A stretch of 64,000 nt of DNA from Rickettsiales bacterium (GCA_046348685.1 JAXMDT010000006.1:2395-66394); one strand, 5' to 3'; positions 36,819 through 46,519 are shown, counted from the stretch's first letter. Notes: generated from the letters alone by a model not told the origin. Translations and numbers: made by a program.

Positions 36819-38282
36819 ATGGCACGTTGGTGGAATAAGACGAAAAAGGCTGTAGGAAACGCTACGATTGGCGAGCAGGCACGTTATAACCGGCTAAACG
36901 CTGCTGTGGGCGCAACAGAAGACGAGCTGAGCAGACTTGAGACTGGGACCGGGGGTACAAGGGGTCTCCTCGACCTCGAGCATGAGCATGAGGAAGCTGT
37001 TGCTAAACATGCTGAAGCGGCAGCCGCGCATGCAGAAGCAAAAGACGCATTTACCCCAATTGATATTCAGCAGAAAAAACTACAAGCGGAAGTTACAGGT
37101 GCGAAAACGCGCCTTGAGGCACTTCAAAAAGCTCATGAAGCTGCAGAAAAGGCCCATGCCGATCATCAAGCGAAAATTAGCGATATTGAAAGCCGTGTCG
37201 GTTCGGCTTCGGTTGAAGACCTTGCGCAAGCTAGGCAAGATGCCGAAATTGCCCGTGCTCAGGCACGTCACCCACTTAAAAAACTCGAGACTACGTTGCC
37301 TGGTGGAAGTACAGGTAATATTGATGAGTACTTTAAAAATGAACGGGAGAGATATAAAGAAGCCAAGCGTAAAATTAAATCCGCTTTAGGCACGCCTCGT
37401 GAAGAGACTGCAATAAAAGAGTTTAATGAAGCAAGAGCAAATCTTGTTGAAGCCCGAAAGATTCGACGTGGTACTGAAGAATACAGGGTATGGAGCGCAG
37501 CTAACAACGAGTACCTTGCAGCAGAAGCACTGCATGAGGAAGCAAAAGCCCTTGGCGGACTCCGAGCGAAATCAGATGGATTGAAAAAAGCAGCTGATCA
37601 AGCAGAAGCAAAACTCACAGGGAGTCCTGATCATGTGAAGCTTAAGGAAGCAGAAGCGGCATTGGAGACTCACACAACGGAAGTACATACACCTGCTGCA
37701 AACAGGTTGGCATTAGCAAAAGAGGCAGTTGAAGGCGGATCCGTTACAGGCACTCGCGAAGCAATGAAAAACGCTGAGCATGCACTTAAATCGACAACCC
37801 GCCGCCAGGAATTACTGGAAGGCCGACTTGAGCGCCAAACAAAACGCTTGGAGCAGGTCGGCGAAAAATGGCGGATCGGCAAGTCTGGTAAGATTGTGAC
37901 GGGTCCAATGAAATTTGCTGGAAAAACGTTGAAATGGGGTGGTCTTGGTGTGTTGGCAGCCGGCGCTGGCGCTTTGGCTTACAATGCGCTAAAGCCTTCA
38001 AATCGCGGTTCTGATGAGGCGCTGCAAGGTCTGAAAGACCAGATCGCCGAAAATGAAGCGAAGCTGACGGCGATTCAGACGATGCAGCCGCAGCAGCCGG
38101 TGATGCAGCAGCCGATCATGGTTGCCGCGACGCCGCAAGGCCCGGTCGCAACGCAATATCCGCCCGTAATGATGGTTCCGGCGAACAGCAATGTTCCAGC
38201 AACCTCGATTACCAGCGCCGGCCTGCAGTACCAGGGTCAGCTGATAGCGAATCAAGGCCAGATGATGGGAGCGCCTGCGTAG
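36819..38282 (+). CDS. coiled-coil protein with a C-terminal TM anchor and Q/P/M-rich tail
   Basis: This 487-aa ORF starts 9 nt after the previous stop. Long heptad-like Ala/Glu/Lys helices are followed by TM WGGLGVLAAGAGALAYNAL. The tail is MQPQQPVMQQPIMVAATPQG...LQYQGQLIANQGQ. Confidence 0.6.
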   Translation: MARWWNKTKKAVGNATIGEQARYNRLNAAVGATEDELSRLETGTGGTRGLLDLEHEHEEAVAKHAEAAAAHAEAKDAFTPIDIQQKKLQAEVTGAKTRLEALQKAHEAAEKAHADHQAKISDIESRVGSASVEDLAQARQDAEIARAQARHPLKKLETTLPGGSTGNIDEYFKNERERYKEAKRKIKSALGTPREETAIKEFNEARANLVEARKIRRGTEEYRVWSAANNEYLAAEALHEEAKALGGLRAKSDGLKKAADQAEAKLTGSPDHVKLKEAEAALETHTTEVHTPAANRLALAKEAVEGGSVTGTREAMKNAEHALKSTTRRQELLEGRLERQTKRLEQVGEKWRIGKSGKIVTGPMKFAGKTLKWGGLGVLAAGAGALAYNALKPSNRGSDEALQGLKDQIAENEAKLTAIQTMQPQQPVMQQPIMVAATPQGPVATQYPPVMMVPANSNVPATSITSAGLQYQGQLIANQGQMMGAPA

Positions 38283-38292
38283 GCTTCATCCC

Positions 38293-38347
38293 CAGCTTTC
38301 AGGTTTCAGGTTAATCGGGTTCAGCATGCTGAACCCGATTTTCTTTT
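38293..38347 (+). terminator. repeat-derived rho-independent terminator
   Basis: A family B half-arm cagctttcaggtttcaggtt is followed by the hairpin aatcgggttcagc/gctgaacccgatt and TTCTTTT. Confidence 0.7.
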
Positions 38348-38402
38348 AGCGACAGGGCGTTGCAATAACACGTAACCCGTTGCGGGAAACCTACCTTAGT
38401 GT

Positions 38403-38430
38403 TTGACAAACGCGAAAATCCGGCTATATT
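38403..38430 (+). promoter_or_regulatory. sigma-70-like promoter of rpsD
   Basis: TTGACA (38403-38408), a 16-nt spacer and TATATT (38425-38430) lie ~35 nt upstream of the GTG start. Confidence 0.6.
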
Positions 38431-38463
38431 CCCCATTCTTTCAAAGAGATATGAGGCAAAACA

Positions 38464-39081
38464 GTGTCTAAACGTCTGGATTCAAAATATAAAATCAGCC
38501 GCCGCCTGGGTGAAAATCTGTGGGGCAGAGCGAAAGATCCCGTGCTGAAACGCGATTACGGCCCAGGCCAGCATGGTCCGGCTCGCCGCCGCAAACTGTC
38601 GGACTACGGTCTGCAGCTGCGTGCGAAGCAAAAACTGCGCGGCTACTATGGCAGCATCAATGAGCGCCAGTTCCGTAAGATTTATCAGGAAGCCGTGCGC
38701 CGCAAAGGTGATACGTCGGAAAACCTGGTTGGCATTTTAGAAAGCCGCCTCGATGCATTCGTATTCCGTATGGGCGTCGTGCCGACTGTATTCGCGGCGC
38801 GTCAGTTCATTAACCACGGCCATATCACGCTGAACGGCAAGAAAGCCAACATCAGCTCCATCCAGCTGAAAGAAGGCGATGTCGTGCAGGTGAAAGAAAA
38901 ATCCCGTCAGATGAACATGGTTCTGGAAGCGATGAAAAACGCCGAGCGTACCGTGCCGGATTATATCGAGATGGATAACGATAACCTGAAGGGTAAATTT
39001 ATCCGCGTTCCGAAATTCATGGAAATCCCATATCCGGTGAAAATGGAACCGAACCTCGTCATCGAATTTTACTCTCGCTAA
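38464..39081 (+). CDS. rpsD: 30S ribosomal protein S4
   Basis: The start is [23 protein letters not shown]...[11 protein letters not shown]...[10 protein letters not shown] contains the S4 domain. Confidence 0.95.
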   Translation: MSKRLDSKYKISRRLGENLWGRAKDPVLKRDYGPGQHGPARRRKLSDYGLQLRAKQKLRGYYGSINERQFRKIYQEAVRRKGDTSENLVGILESRLDAFVFRMGVVPTVFAARQFINHGHITLNGKKANISSIQLKEGDVVQVKEKSRQMNMVLEAMKNAERTVPDYIEMDNDNLKGKFIRVPKFMEIPYPVKMEPNLVIEFYSR

Positions 39082-39103
39082 GCGGGACTATCTGAATTTT
39101 AAA

Positions 39104-39130
39104 GGGAGCTTCGGCTCCCTTTTTTATTTT
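39104..39130 (+). terminator. rho-independent terminator of rpsD
   Basis: The stem gggagc-ttcg-gctccc is followed by TTTTTTATTTT. Confidence 0.8.
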
Positions 39131-39149
39131 AAAGACCTATATTACTTCC

Positions 39150-39668
39150 ATGGCTTCAAATGACGATACCACCGATGCACGCTTTCTGAGCGAGGCGGAA
39201 TCCGACCAGTTCAAAACCTTTGAACAGGAGATCGCCAAGCTTGCCGAGCGGGCTGCGGCGGGTGCGGAAAACATCGATATGGAACTGGCCAACCTGCTGG
39301 TTGGCGTGCCTGATTCCGTGCGCAATGAAGCGGTGGCCCAGTTTCGCGCGCTGGTCAAAGAGATGCAGCAGGAAAAGGGCCAAAGCGCCGTTCTCTCGCC
39401 GGAGCAGGAAAAACAGATGACGCTGCTCAAAGAACAGGAGCGCCAATTTCTTGCGCACTGGCTTTCAGATAAAACGCTAAAGAAGCTGCGTGAGGCGATT
39501 CTTTCCAACCCGCTATTTATGTCGCAGGTGATGAATATCGGCGATGAGCTTTACAAACGCGGCGTGTTTGTGACGCTGGATAAAGATATGCCGCAAACTG
39601 GCCAGCAGGTCACCGCGCAGCCGGTGATTGCCCCGGGCCACGAGCGTGGCGAGGGCCGGAAGCGCTGA
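39150..39668 (+). CDS. hypothetical protein
   Basis: This 172-aa helical, E/Q/K-rich ORF belongs to no family I recognise. Its 3' end overlaps the convergent ORF 39610-41166 by 59 nt, so one of the two ends may be mis-set. Confidence 0.45.
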   Translation: MASNDDTTDARFLSEAESDQFKTFEQEIAKLAERAAAGAENIDMELANLLVGVPDSVRNEAVAQFRALVKEMQQEKGQSAVLSPEQEKQMTLLKEQERQFLAHWLSDKTLKKLREAILSNPLFMSQVMNIGDELYKRGVFVTLDKDMPQTGQQVTAQPVIAPGHERGEGRKR

Positions 39669-41166
39669 TATGTTCTTCACCTGATTTAAGCCGTGCTAAC
39701 AATTCATCAAATGGCTTACTGTTTTTCGCTGCCTCATAAAGTGCATGCTCATCTACCGTACCATGAGCAAACAATTCCTGCTCAATTGCCTGGATAATTG
39801 GTCTGTTCATTGCGTCGGCATTTTCTCCTACGTAAAAACCGATCTGCAAAAGCGCATTACGCGCTTGAGCTGCCCTTTCCGCTATCACATGGTGTTTTGC
39901 GATTGCATCTTCCAGTGCTTCCTGAAGTGGTTGCCAAGCAGCTTCATATGCTGTGGCAAATCCTTTTATATAGTGTGTTGCTAAGGCATGGTCATACAGA
40001 TGATTTTGAATAAGGCTCTGCTGAATCTGAAAATCATTTTTGCCTTCATAATGTTTTCTAAAAATAGCTAGAGAGTCTGCATCGATAAAAACAGGCAGGC
40101 GGTGTGGATCGACAGCGGTATCAAACTGAATTGTCAATGGCTTGTTGGGGTGCTTTTCATGGTCAGCGAGTAAAACAGCGGCATTGCTAACACTAAAATT
40201 GGGATTCGGTTTACCTGGAATGGCTTCCTGAAGTTCAAACGTCAGCGGGCTTACCACAACTGTGCTGGGCTCTGCGTAGCCGCCTAGGATATCTGCGGAA
40301 ATAATATCAACATTCTTTTGAGATAAATAACTCAGGACGTTTTCCAAATTTGCGTGGGAGCGTGGGTTACTGTCGAAACGTGCGCCAATCAATCTAACTT
40401 GTAGTTTTCGATCGCCAAACCGCTTGAAGAAGCTATCGAGGCTTTGCGTATCCGATTCGTAATTTAAATGTACGATACCTGTTTTCTTAGTAGCCGGATC
40501 GCGTGCGATAATAGTGACGCATTCCCCGATATTGTCCGTGCCAATACAGGTTTTATTAGAAAAACCGGCTTCGCCTTCTTCAACGCGCTTTGCGGTAACA
40601 TCTGTATTGCCTCCAGATTGCATATGCCGAGACATGCGCAAAGCTTGCTCCTGGACACCGGCCAATCTTTCTTGATAGCGTCTCGCGGTAGAGGGGGCGC
40701 TTCCAGCATAATGGGAGATCGTCTTGCCTAAAGCACTGTAGAGATAATCGATATCACGAAAGGCATGGTCTGTGCGTCCTAAATTTTCATGAATATCGAC
40801 TGCCTTTTGTAATAGCGGAATGCCATATTCTGCAGCAGGTTTTCCGTCTACATCGCCCTCTATGTTCAAGCATGACTGCCCTGCCATGGAATATGTATTA
40901 CCTTGTTCAACATATTTTCCCTCGTGCCCATATGCATCTCCGGCTAGCTTATGTGACAGAATGCTTTCAGGTATATTTCCAGAGTTGAATGCATCATAAC
41001 CTTTTTGCTCCGCAGCACCTGCGGTAGAGTTTATATTTAAAACATATTGCAGGTTGGATTGCACGCGAGTGCGCGTGTTGAAACCGGATGGAAGCTTCAT
41101 CAAGCGATCAATGAGATCGTTGAAAGCCGTAGATGTAATGGGTTCACCTTGGATAGAAAATGACAT
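39610..41166 (-). CDS. hypothetical 518-aa protein with a CheD/CNF1-like Thr-Cys-His motif (candidate deamidase or effector)
   Basis: The central segment CIGTDNIGECVTIIARDPATKKTGIVHLNYESD has Thr at -6 and His at +17 relative to the Cys. G+C is lower than in the flanks. There is no signal peptide and no chemotaxis context. Confidence 0.5.
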   Translation of the reverse strand: MSFSIQGEPITSTAFNDLIDRLMKLPSGFNTRTRVQSNLQYVLNINSTAGAAEQKGYDAFNSGNIPESILSHKLAGDAYGHEGKYVEQGNTYSMAGQSCLNIEGDVDGKPAAEYGIPLLQKAVDIHENLGRTDHAFRDIDYLYSALGKTISHYAGSAPSTARRYQERLAGVQEQALRMSRHMQSGGNTDVTAKRVEEGEAGFSNKTCIGTDNIGECVTIIARDPATKKTGIVHLNYESDTQSLDSFFKRFGDRKLQVRLIGARFDSNPRSHANLENVLSYLSQKNVDIISADILGGYAEPSTVVVSPLTFELQEAIPGKPNPNFSVSNAAVLLADHEKHPNKPLTIQFDTAVDPHRLPVFIDADSLAIFRKHYEGKNDFQIQQSLIQNHLYDHALATHYIKGFATAYEAAWQPLQEALEDAIAKHHVIAERAAQARNALLQIGFYVGENADAMNRPIIQAIEQELFAHGTVDEHALYEAAKNSKPFDELLARLKSGEEHISASGPRHARGPGQSPAAR

Positions 41167-41223
41167 ATCTAAATTCTTATTATTGGACGACGGATCGTCA
41201 TATTCAGATATATCAATAGTTTG

Positions 41224-41239
41224 TTACGCTTTTATGGCA
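41224..41239 (-). promoter_or_regulatory. conserved upstream motif copy 4 (TGCCATAAAAGCGTAA on the minus strand)
   Basis: It lies 57 nt upstream of ATG 41166. It matches the copies at 34163, 35791 and 36236 at 13-14 of 16 positions. Confidence 0.5.
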
Positions 41240-41251
41240 GCGATTAAAAAT

Positions 41252-41584
41252 CTAAGCGGCTGATTTAATGCCTTTTTCGGCGAGAAGGCTTTGCAGTTCG
41301 CCTGATTCATACATTTCGCGGACGATGTCGCAGCCGCCGAGAAATTCGCCTTTGACGTAAAGCTGCGGGATCGTCGGCCAGTTGGCGAAGTCCTTGATAC
41401 CTTGACGAATATCGGGATCAGTAAGGACGTTCACATCATAGACATCCACGCCAAGGCGCTCCATAATGCTGGCAACCGCCGCAGAAAACCCGCACTGCGG
41501 CAGTTTTTTGCTGCCCTTCATGTAGAGTACGACGTCGTGGCTCGAAATGTCGTTCTGAATGCGGTCGAAAACGGGGTTGCTCAT
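41252..41584 (-). CDS. grxD: monothiol glutaredoxin (Grx4 family)
   Basis: VVLYMKGSKKLPQCGFS...WPTIPQLYVKGEFLGGCDI is present. Confidence 0.95.
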   Translation of the reverse strand: MSNPVFDRIQNDISSHDVVLYMKGSKKLPQCGFSAAVASIMERLGVDVYDVNVLTDPDIRQGIKDFANWPTIPQLYVKGEFLGGCDIVREMYESGELQSLLAEKGIKSAA

Positions 41585-41641
41585 AAGTTCTGATGTAGTG
41601 ATTTCTGCCGCAAAAGCAAGTGAAACGCTTCGTAACGGCGA

Positions 41642-41878
41642 TTATGCAGGCCTGGTGACGGTTTTAAAGCTGAATGCATGCAGCGTGGTCCCCATGTCGG
41701 TGCCCAAGGCATCGTAAATCAGCTGATGCTGCCTGACGCGGGGAAGACCGGAAAATGCGGAAGAAACAATGGTCGCCTGCCAATGATCGCCATCGCCCGC
41801 AAGATCAGTGAAATCGATTTCGGCATCTGGCAGCTTCGCTTTGATGCGCCGCGCGATTTCTTCCGAAGACATGGGCAT
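41642..41878 (-). CDS. BolA family protein
   Basis: GDGDHWQATIVSSAFSGLPRVRQHQLIYDAL...LHAFSFKT is present. The ORF is 78 aa. Confidence 0.9.
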   Translation of the reverse strand: MPMSSEEIARRIKAKLPDAEIDFTDLAGDGDHWQATIVSSAFSGLPRVRQHQLIYDALGTDMGTTLHAFSFKTVTRPA

Positions 41879-43227
41879 TATTTCTTCGCCGTGCGCTTCA
41901 AGCTATTCGCATGCAAAACATCAGGTGTCACGTATGCCGGAACAGATGAATGGCGCAAGAAAACAATATCATGAGCGCGCAAATCTTTATAAAGTTGTTT
42001 AAAATGCCTACTTACTTCTTCGCGAGATAGATTCATTCGCTGGCTTACTTCATCTAAAATATTGCCAATTGTACGATTACCATCCATGGCCAAAACAAGT
42101 GCTGCTGTTGATGGAAAAATATCTACGATAATTGGGTCGTTCATCATGGGATTCATAAACATGATGTTGTTGCCTTCCGCAGTCAAAACCATTTTCAAGA
42201 ACGGCTTCATGTGAGCCGAAAAGCTATAATTAACAACAGGAATAAAATTCTCATCCGTTTCATCTGGTTCTGTAAGATCATAACGCGCGGCGTAAAATGT
42301 GTGCATTATTATATTACAGGACAAATTTTCCGCCAATGCCTGCTTTTCAATAGGCGTTAGACTTTCAATTTCTGACTGAAGCGCTTCATTTAAAATAAAG
42401 TGCGAAGGGTCGTAAATGCGGGCACCGCTTGTAAAGGGATGCTGCAGGCTAATCGATTTTAAACCTGCCGATGCTACAAATTCGTAAAGTTCGGGAATAG
42501 TATAGGCTCTGTCTTGAGGGTGTAAAAGCAAATCAAAGATTCCGCTATCGGTCGCTAAATCCTCCCGAAACATTTTTTGGGCGAACATAAACCAATTACC
42601 CAAAGGTAAGTTGCTTAGCAGATCACGCGTCATTTTGATTTTTTTTGCTCGTGAATCCACATTACGTAACATAGTGCGAAGAGCATCCTGAAGTGGATAC
42701 ACTCCTAATCTTCCATATTTTCCGTATACCATAAGACACATAACGCCTTCCGGCGATAGCACGGATGTTAACGATGCAAGTCCTTCTTCTGGGTCATTCA
42801 AATGGTGAAGGACACCGGAGCAGTTGATATAGTCAAATTTGCCAAGGCCCATTTTAGGAATGTCAAGAAGAGATGCATGTAGAAAAGTGATGTTATTTTT
42901 CAGTCCGCGAATTTCGGCGCGCTCCTTCGCTATGGCAATAGATGCTTTACTCAAGTCTACATGTACGACTTCGGCGCCAAGAGTTCCATACTGTTCAGCT
43001 GTGTAAATTGTCGTATCACCCGTACCACCACCAGCAACAAGAATTCTAAAATTTTTATCAAACTGTTTTTTCCCACCAAAACAATAGTGATTAAGTCTAT
43101 CCGGCATCTCTACGTAAGGTGCCATTATACCAATTTTTTCAGATTGCGGATCGCGCGGCGGGTACGGATAATCCTCGTACTGCTCTTTTACTTCCTGCAG
43201 AAAATTCGCCTTATTCGCTTTTGCCAT
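41878..43227 (-). CDS. class I SAM-dependent methyltransferase with a ~250-aa uncharacterised C-terminal region
   Basis: ILVAGGGTGDTT (motif I)...VHVDLS...INCSGVLHHLNDPEEGLASLTSVLSPEGVMCLMVYG is present. G+C is lower than in the neighbours. TAATG overlaps occur at both ends. Confidence 0.75.
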   Translation of the reverse strand: MAKANKANFLQEVKEQYEDYPYPPRDPQSEKIGIMAPYVEMPDRLNHYCFGGKKQFDKNFRILVAGGGTGDTTIYTAEQYGTLGAEVVHVDLSKASIAIAKERAEIRGLKNNITFLHASLLDIPKMGLGKFDYINCSGVLHHLNDPEEGLASLTSVLSPEGVMCLMVYGKYGRLGVYPLQDALRTMLRNVDSRAKKIKMTRDLLSNLPLGNWFMFAQKMFREDLATDSGIFDLLLHPQDRAYTIPELYEFVASAGLKSISLQHPFTSGARIYDPSHFILNEALQSEIESLTPIEKQALAENLSCNIIMHTFYAARYDLTEPDETDENFIPVVNYSFSAHMKPFLKMVLTAEGNNIMFMNPMMNDPIIVDIFPSTAALVLAMDGNRTIGNILDEVSQRMNLSREEVSRHFKQLYKDLRAHDIVFLRHSSVPAYVTPDVLHANSLKRTAKK

Positions 43228-45440
43228 TACGCATTGCCTTTCATGTAGGTGGGCATCCAGGTTTCGTTGAGCTGGCGCAGCGCGGTTATAGATTCCGCAA
43301 ACACGCCATCCAGTTTCAGCTGATCGCCGCCGGTTTTGCCAATCTCTGCAATTGCGATGCCAGCTTTTTTAGCCTCAGATAATACTGTATTTTTTGCGTG
43401 CTGTTTGACGGCCAGGATATAGCGGGCTTGGTCTTCTCCAAATAGAAACGCGGTGTCCATGCCGCAGGCGAGGGAAGCGCCAATGCCGCTGCCAAGGCAC
43501 ATTTCGGCGATGCTAATCAGTAGGCCGCCATCCGATATATCATGACAGGCGGCGATAGTTCCAGACTGAATCTGGGCGCGAACGAAATCACCATTTTTCT
43601 TTTCCGCAGCGAGGTCGACCGGCGGCGGCGCGCCTTCTTCGCGACCATGGATTTCACGCAAGTAGAGCGATGCACCGAGATGCCCTTTTGTCTCGCCAAC
43701 GAGAAACAGCGCGAGGTTTTCTTCCTTGATCACATGCGAGACATGTTTCGTTGAATCTTTAAGGATGCCAACACCTCCAATCGCGGGCGTGGGCTGAATA
43801 CCGCTGCCGTTGGTTTCATTGTAAAGCGAGACGTTGCCGCTGATGATGGGGTAATTGAGCGCCGTGCATGCTTCGGCCATACCTTGCAGGCAGCCGACGA
43901 TCTGTCCCATGATTTCCGGCTTTTCCGGATTGCCGAAATTGAGGCAGTTGGTGATGGCGAGCGGCGATCCGCCAACGGCGGTGATGTTACGCCAGGTTTC
44001 GGCAACGGCTTGCTTGCCGCCTTCGACCGGATCGGAATAGCAATAACGCGGCGTGCAGTCCGTACTAATGGCGAGCGCTTTTTTGGTGCCATGGACGCGC
44101 ACGAGCGCGGCATCGCCTCCCGGCTTGATGACCGTATCGTTCATCACCTGATGGTCGTACTGTTCCCAGATCCAGCGCTTGGATGCGAGGTCTGGGCAGC
44201 CGAGCAATTTTTTCAGCGAAAGGGCAATGTCGGGATGCGAGTCAATCTTCGGGGATGCTGATTGATCGCCACGCTTCTTCACTTCGTACGGGCGCTGGTA
44301 AACAGGAGATTCAGATGAAATCGGTGCAACGGGCATATCGCCAACGACTTCGCCATTCATCTTGAGGACGAGGCGGCCAGTGTCGGTGAGATGGCCGATG
44401 GTCGCGAAATCAAGCTCCCATTTTTTGAAAATCTCTTCGGCCATTTTGGTGCGCTCGGGCTTCAGCACCATCAGCATGCGCTCCTGCGATTCGGAGAGCA
44501 TGATTTCATACGGCGTCATGTTTTCCTCGCGCTGGGGCACATGCTCCAGATTAAGCTCGATGCCGAGATTCCCTTTACCCGCCATTTCGAGCGAGGAGCA
44601 GGTAAGGCCCGCTGCGCCCATATCCTGAATGGCGATGATGGCATCGGTCTGCATCAATTCGAGGCACGCTTCAATGAGGAGTTTTTCGGTGAACGGATCG
44701 CCAACTTGCACGGTGGGGCGTTTTTCTTCGGTGCCCTCGGAGAATTCAGCGGATGCCATCGTTGCGCCGTGAATCCCGTCACGGCCGGTTTTCGAGCCAA
44801 CATAGACGACCGGATTGCCGACGCCAGCTGCGGCGGAATAAAAAATCTTGTCCTGATCGGCGAGACCCACCGTCATCGCGTTGACGAGGATATTCCCGTT
44901 GTAGGAGGGATGGAAAATACATTCGCCGCCAACTGTTGGCACGCCAACGCAATTGCCATAAAATCCGATGCCGCTGACGACGCCGGAAATCAGGTGGCGC
45001 GTTTTTGGGTGATCCGGCGAGCCGAAGCGCAGCGCGTTCATGTTGGCGATCGGACGCGCGCCCATCGTGAACACATCGCGGAGAATACCGCCGACACCAG
45101 TGGCCGCGCCCTGAAACGGTTCGATGAAGGAGGGGTGGTTGTGCGATTCCATTTTAAAGATCGCGGCCTGGTTATCACCAATGTCAATAACCCCTGCATT
45201 CTCGCCGGGACCGCAAATGACCCACGGCGCTTTTGTCGGCAGTTTGGAGAGCCAGGGGCGTGTGGTTTTATAGGAGCAGTGCTCGCTCCACATGACGGAG
45301 AAAATGCCAAGCTCGACGAGGTTCGGCTCGCGGCCCATGATGTCTAGAATTTTCTGGTATTCTTCAGAGGTCAGCCCGTGCTCTTTAACAACGTCCGGAG
45401 TGATGGCTGATTGTGTTTTGGAAATAGCGGCTTGCTGCAT
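43227..45440 (-). CDS. purL: phosphoribosylformylglycinamidine synthase subunit PurL
   Basis: The 737-aa ORF contains [15 protein letters not shown] and the duplicated AIRS-type domains. Confidence 0.95.
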   Translation of the reverse strand: MQQAAISKTQSAITPDVVKEHGLTSEEYQKILDIMGREPNLVELGIFSVMWSEHCSYKTTRPWLSKLPTKAPWVICGPGENAGVIDIGDNQAAIFKMESHNHPSFIEPFQGAATGVGGILRDVFTMGARPIANMNALRFGSPDHPKTRHLISGVVSGIGFYGNCVGVPTVGGECIFHPSYNGNILVNAMTVGLADQDKIFYSAAAGVGNPVVYVGSKTGRDGIHGATMASAEFSEGTEEKRPTVQVGDPFTEKLLIEACLELMQTDAIIAIQDMGAAGLTCSSLEMAGKGNLGIELNLEHVPQREENMTPYEIMLSESQERMLMVLKPERTKMAEEIFKKWELDFATIGHLTDTGRLVLKMNGEVVGDMPVAPISSESPVYQRPYEVKKRGDQSASPKIDSHPDIALSLKKLLGCPDLASKRWIWEQYDHQVMNDTVIKPGGDAALVRVHGTKKALAISTDCTPRYCYSDPVEGGKQAVAETWRNITAVGGSPLAITNCLNFGNPEKPEIMGQIVGCLQGMAEACTALNYPIISGNVSLYNETNGSGIQPTPAIGGVGILKDSTKHVSHVIKEENLALFLVGETKGHLGASLYLREIHGREEGAPPPVDLAAEKKNGDFVRAQIQSGTIAACHDISDGGLLISIAEMCLGSGIGASLACGMDTAFLFGEDQARYILAVKQHAKNTVLSEAKKAGIAIAEIGKTGGDQLKLDGVFAESITALRQLNETWMPTYMKGNA

Positions 45441-45490
45441 GAAAGCAGCGTATAAAGCATAATTCTTAACGGGTCAAATGGTTGAACGTG

Positions 45491-46519
45491 CTATCCAACC
45501 TGCACGCTATCCACCTTGCTGGCCTGGAATTCCTGCTGGGCGACCTGCGCATTCCGAATTGTCGGCGAGCCATGTTCGGCATGATGGGCATCGGCCACTT
45601 CCATCATACCCGAAACCAGGCCAGATTTTGCTAGCAAGGCTTTTATTTCGGCCGCCTTCTCAAAGGCGGCCATTTCTGACGTTTTCGTATGACCAGTGGG
45701 CGATTCCCATTTGTACGTTGCAGGAAGCAAATTTTCTGACAATACGATTTGATCTTCCACAGCAGCAATGCGTTCTTGAGTGGTTCGCTCTGGAACTGGT
45801 TCAGCTTTCGCCAGCACTGCTTCCTGGCCGTCAGGTACTTTACCATCGCGGTCTTTCTCAGCTGTTTTTTTCGCTTCCAATTCCTCTGCACCGCGCTCTC
45901 TTTCCTGATCGCGCTGGGCGACTTCAGCAACCTTAGTGGCTTCCTGCTGTTCGGCTGTTTCGCGTTTGCCTGAATCCTCTCTTTGCGCAGCTTCTGATTC
46001 AGCTTTTTTGGCATCGCTTTCAGGATGATCTTTGTCAGCTTCTGCGGCAGATTTTTCTTTAGGTTTTTGTTCTGTCAGCATCTGATGTGCAATATCACCA
46101 TCTAGGTCTGCTTGTGCAACAACGGGCTGTGTGCCCGCGGTATCCAAATCGTTTTCTTTTCCTTCCGCTACGACTTCGGAATCATCTCCCGATTCGGCGT
46201 CCGCGGTTTGCGTTTCTCTTTCCGTTTCGGCGGCAGCGCGAGCGTTATGTTCGTGTTCTGCTTGTGCGGCAATAGCATCCGCCATCCGCTGCTCCTGCAC
46301 ATTTTCAAGGGCAGTCTTGGCCTGCTCCGCTTCCATTTGCTGCTGGGCTGCCAGTACGCAATCTTCGTTGGGATGCAGCAAACCAAGCCAAGTCGCCTTG
46401 ATAGCGTTTTCAAGCTCGGCCGCATCGAATTTGCCTGCCCCATATTCCTTGGCGCAGCCCGTGGCCTCGCTAAAGGAAATAGCCGTTTTCATTGGATCGA
46501 AGCTAATATCATCCGTCAT
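45491..46519 (-). CDS. hypothetical acidic protein with a long E/A/K/Q-rich, probably disordered centre
   Basis: The ORF is 342 aa. Structured-looking N- and C-terminal ends flank a ~200-aa low-complexity acidic region. I recognise no family. Confidence 0.45.
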   Translation of the reverse strand: MTDDISFDPMKTAISFSEATGCAKEYGAGKFDAAELENAIKATWLGLLHPNEDCVLAAQQQMEAEQAKTALENVQEQRMADAIAAQAEHEHNARAAAETERETQTADAESGDDSEVVAEGKENDLDTAGTQPVVAQADLDGDIAHQMLTEQKPKEKSAAEADKDHPESDAKKAESEAAQREDSGKRETAEQQEATKVAEVAQRDQERERGAEELEAKKTAEKDRDGKVPDGQEAVLAKAEPVPERTTQERIAAVEDQIVLSENLLPATYKWESPTGHTKTSEMAAFEKAAEIKALLAKSGLVSGMMEVADAHHAEHGSPTIRNAQVAQQEFQASKVDSVQVG

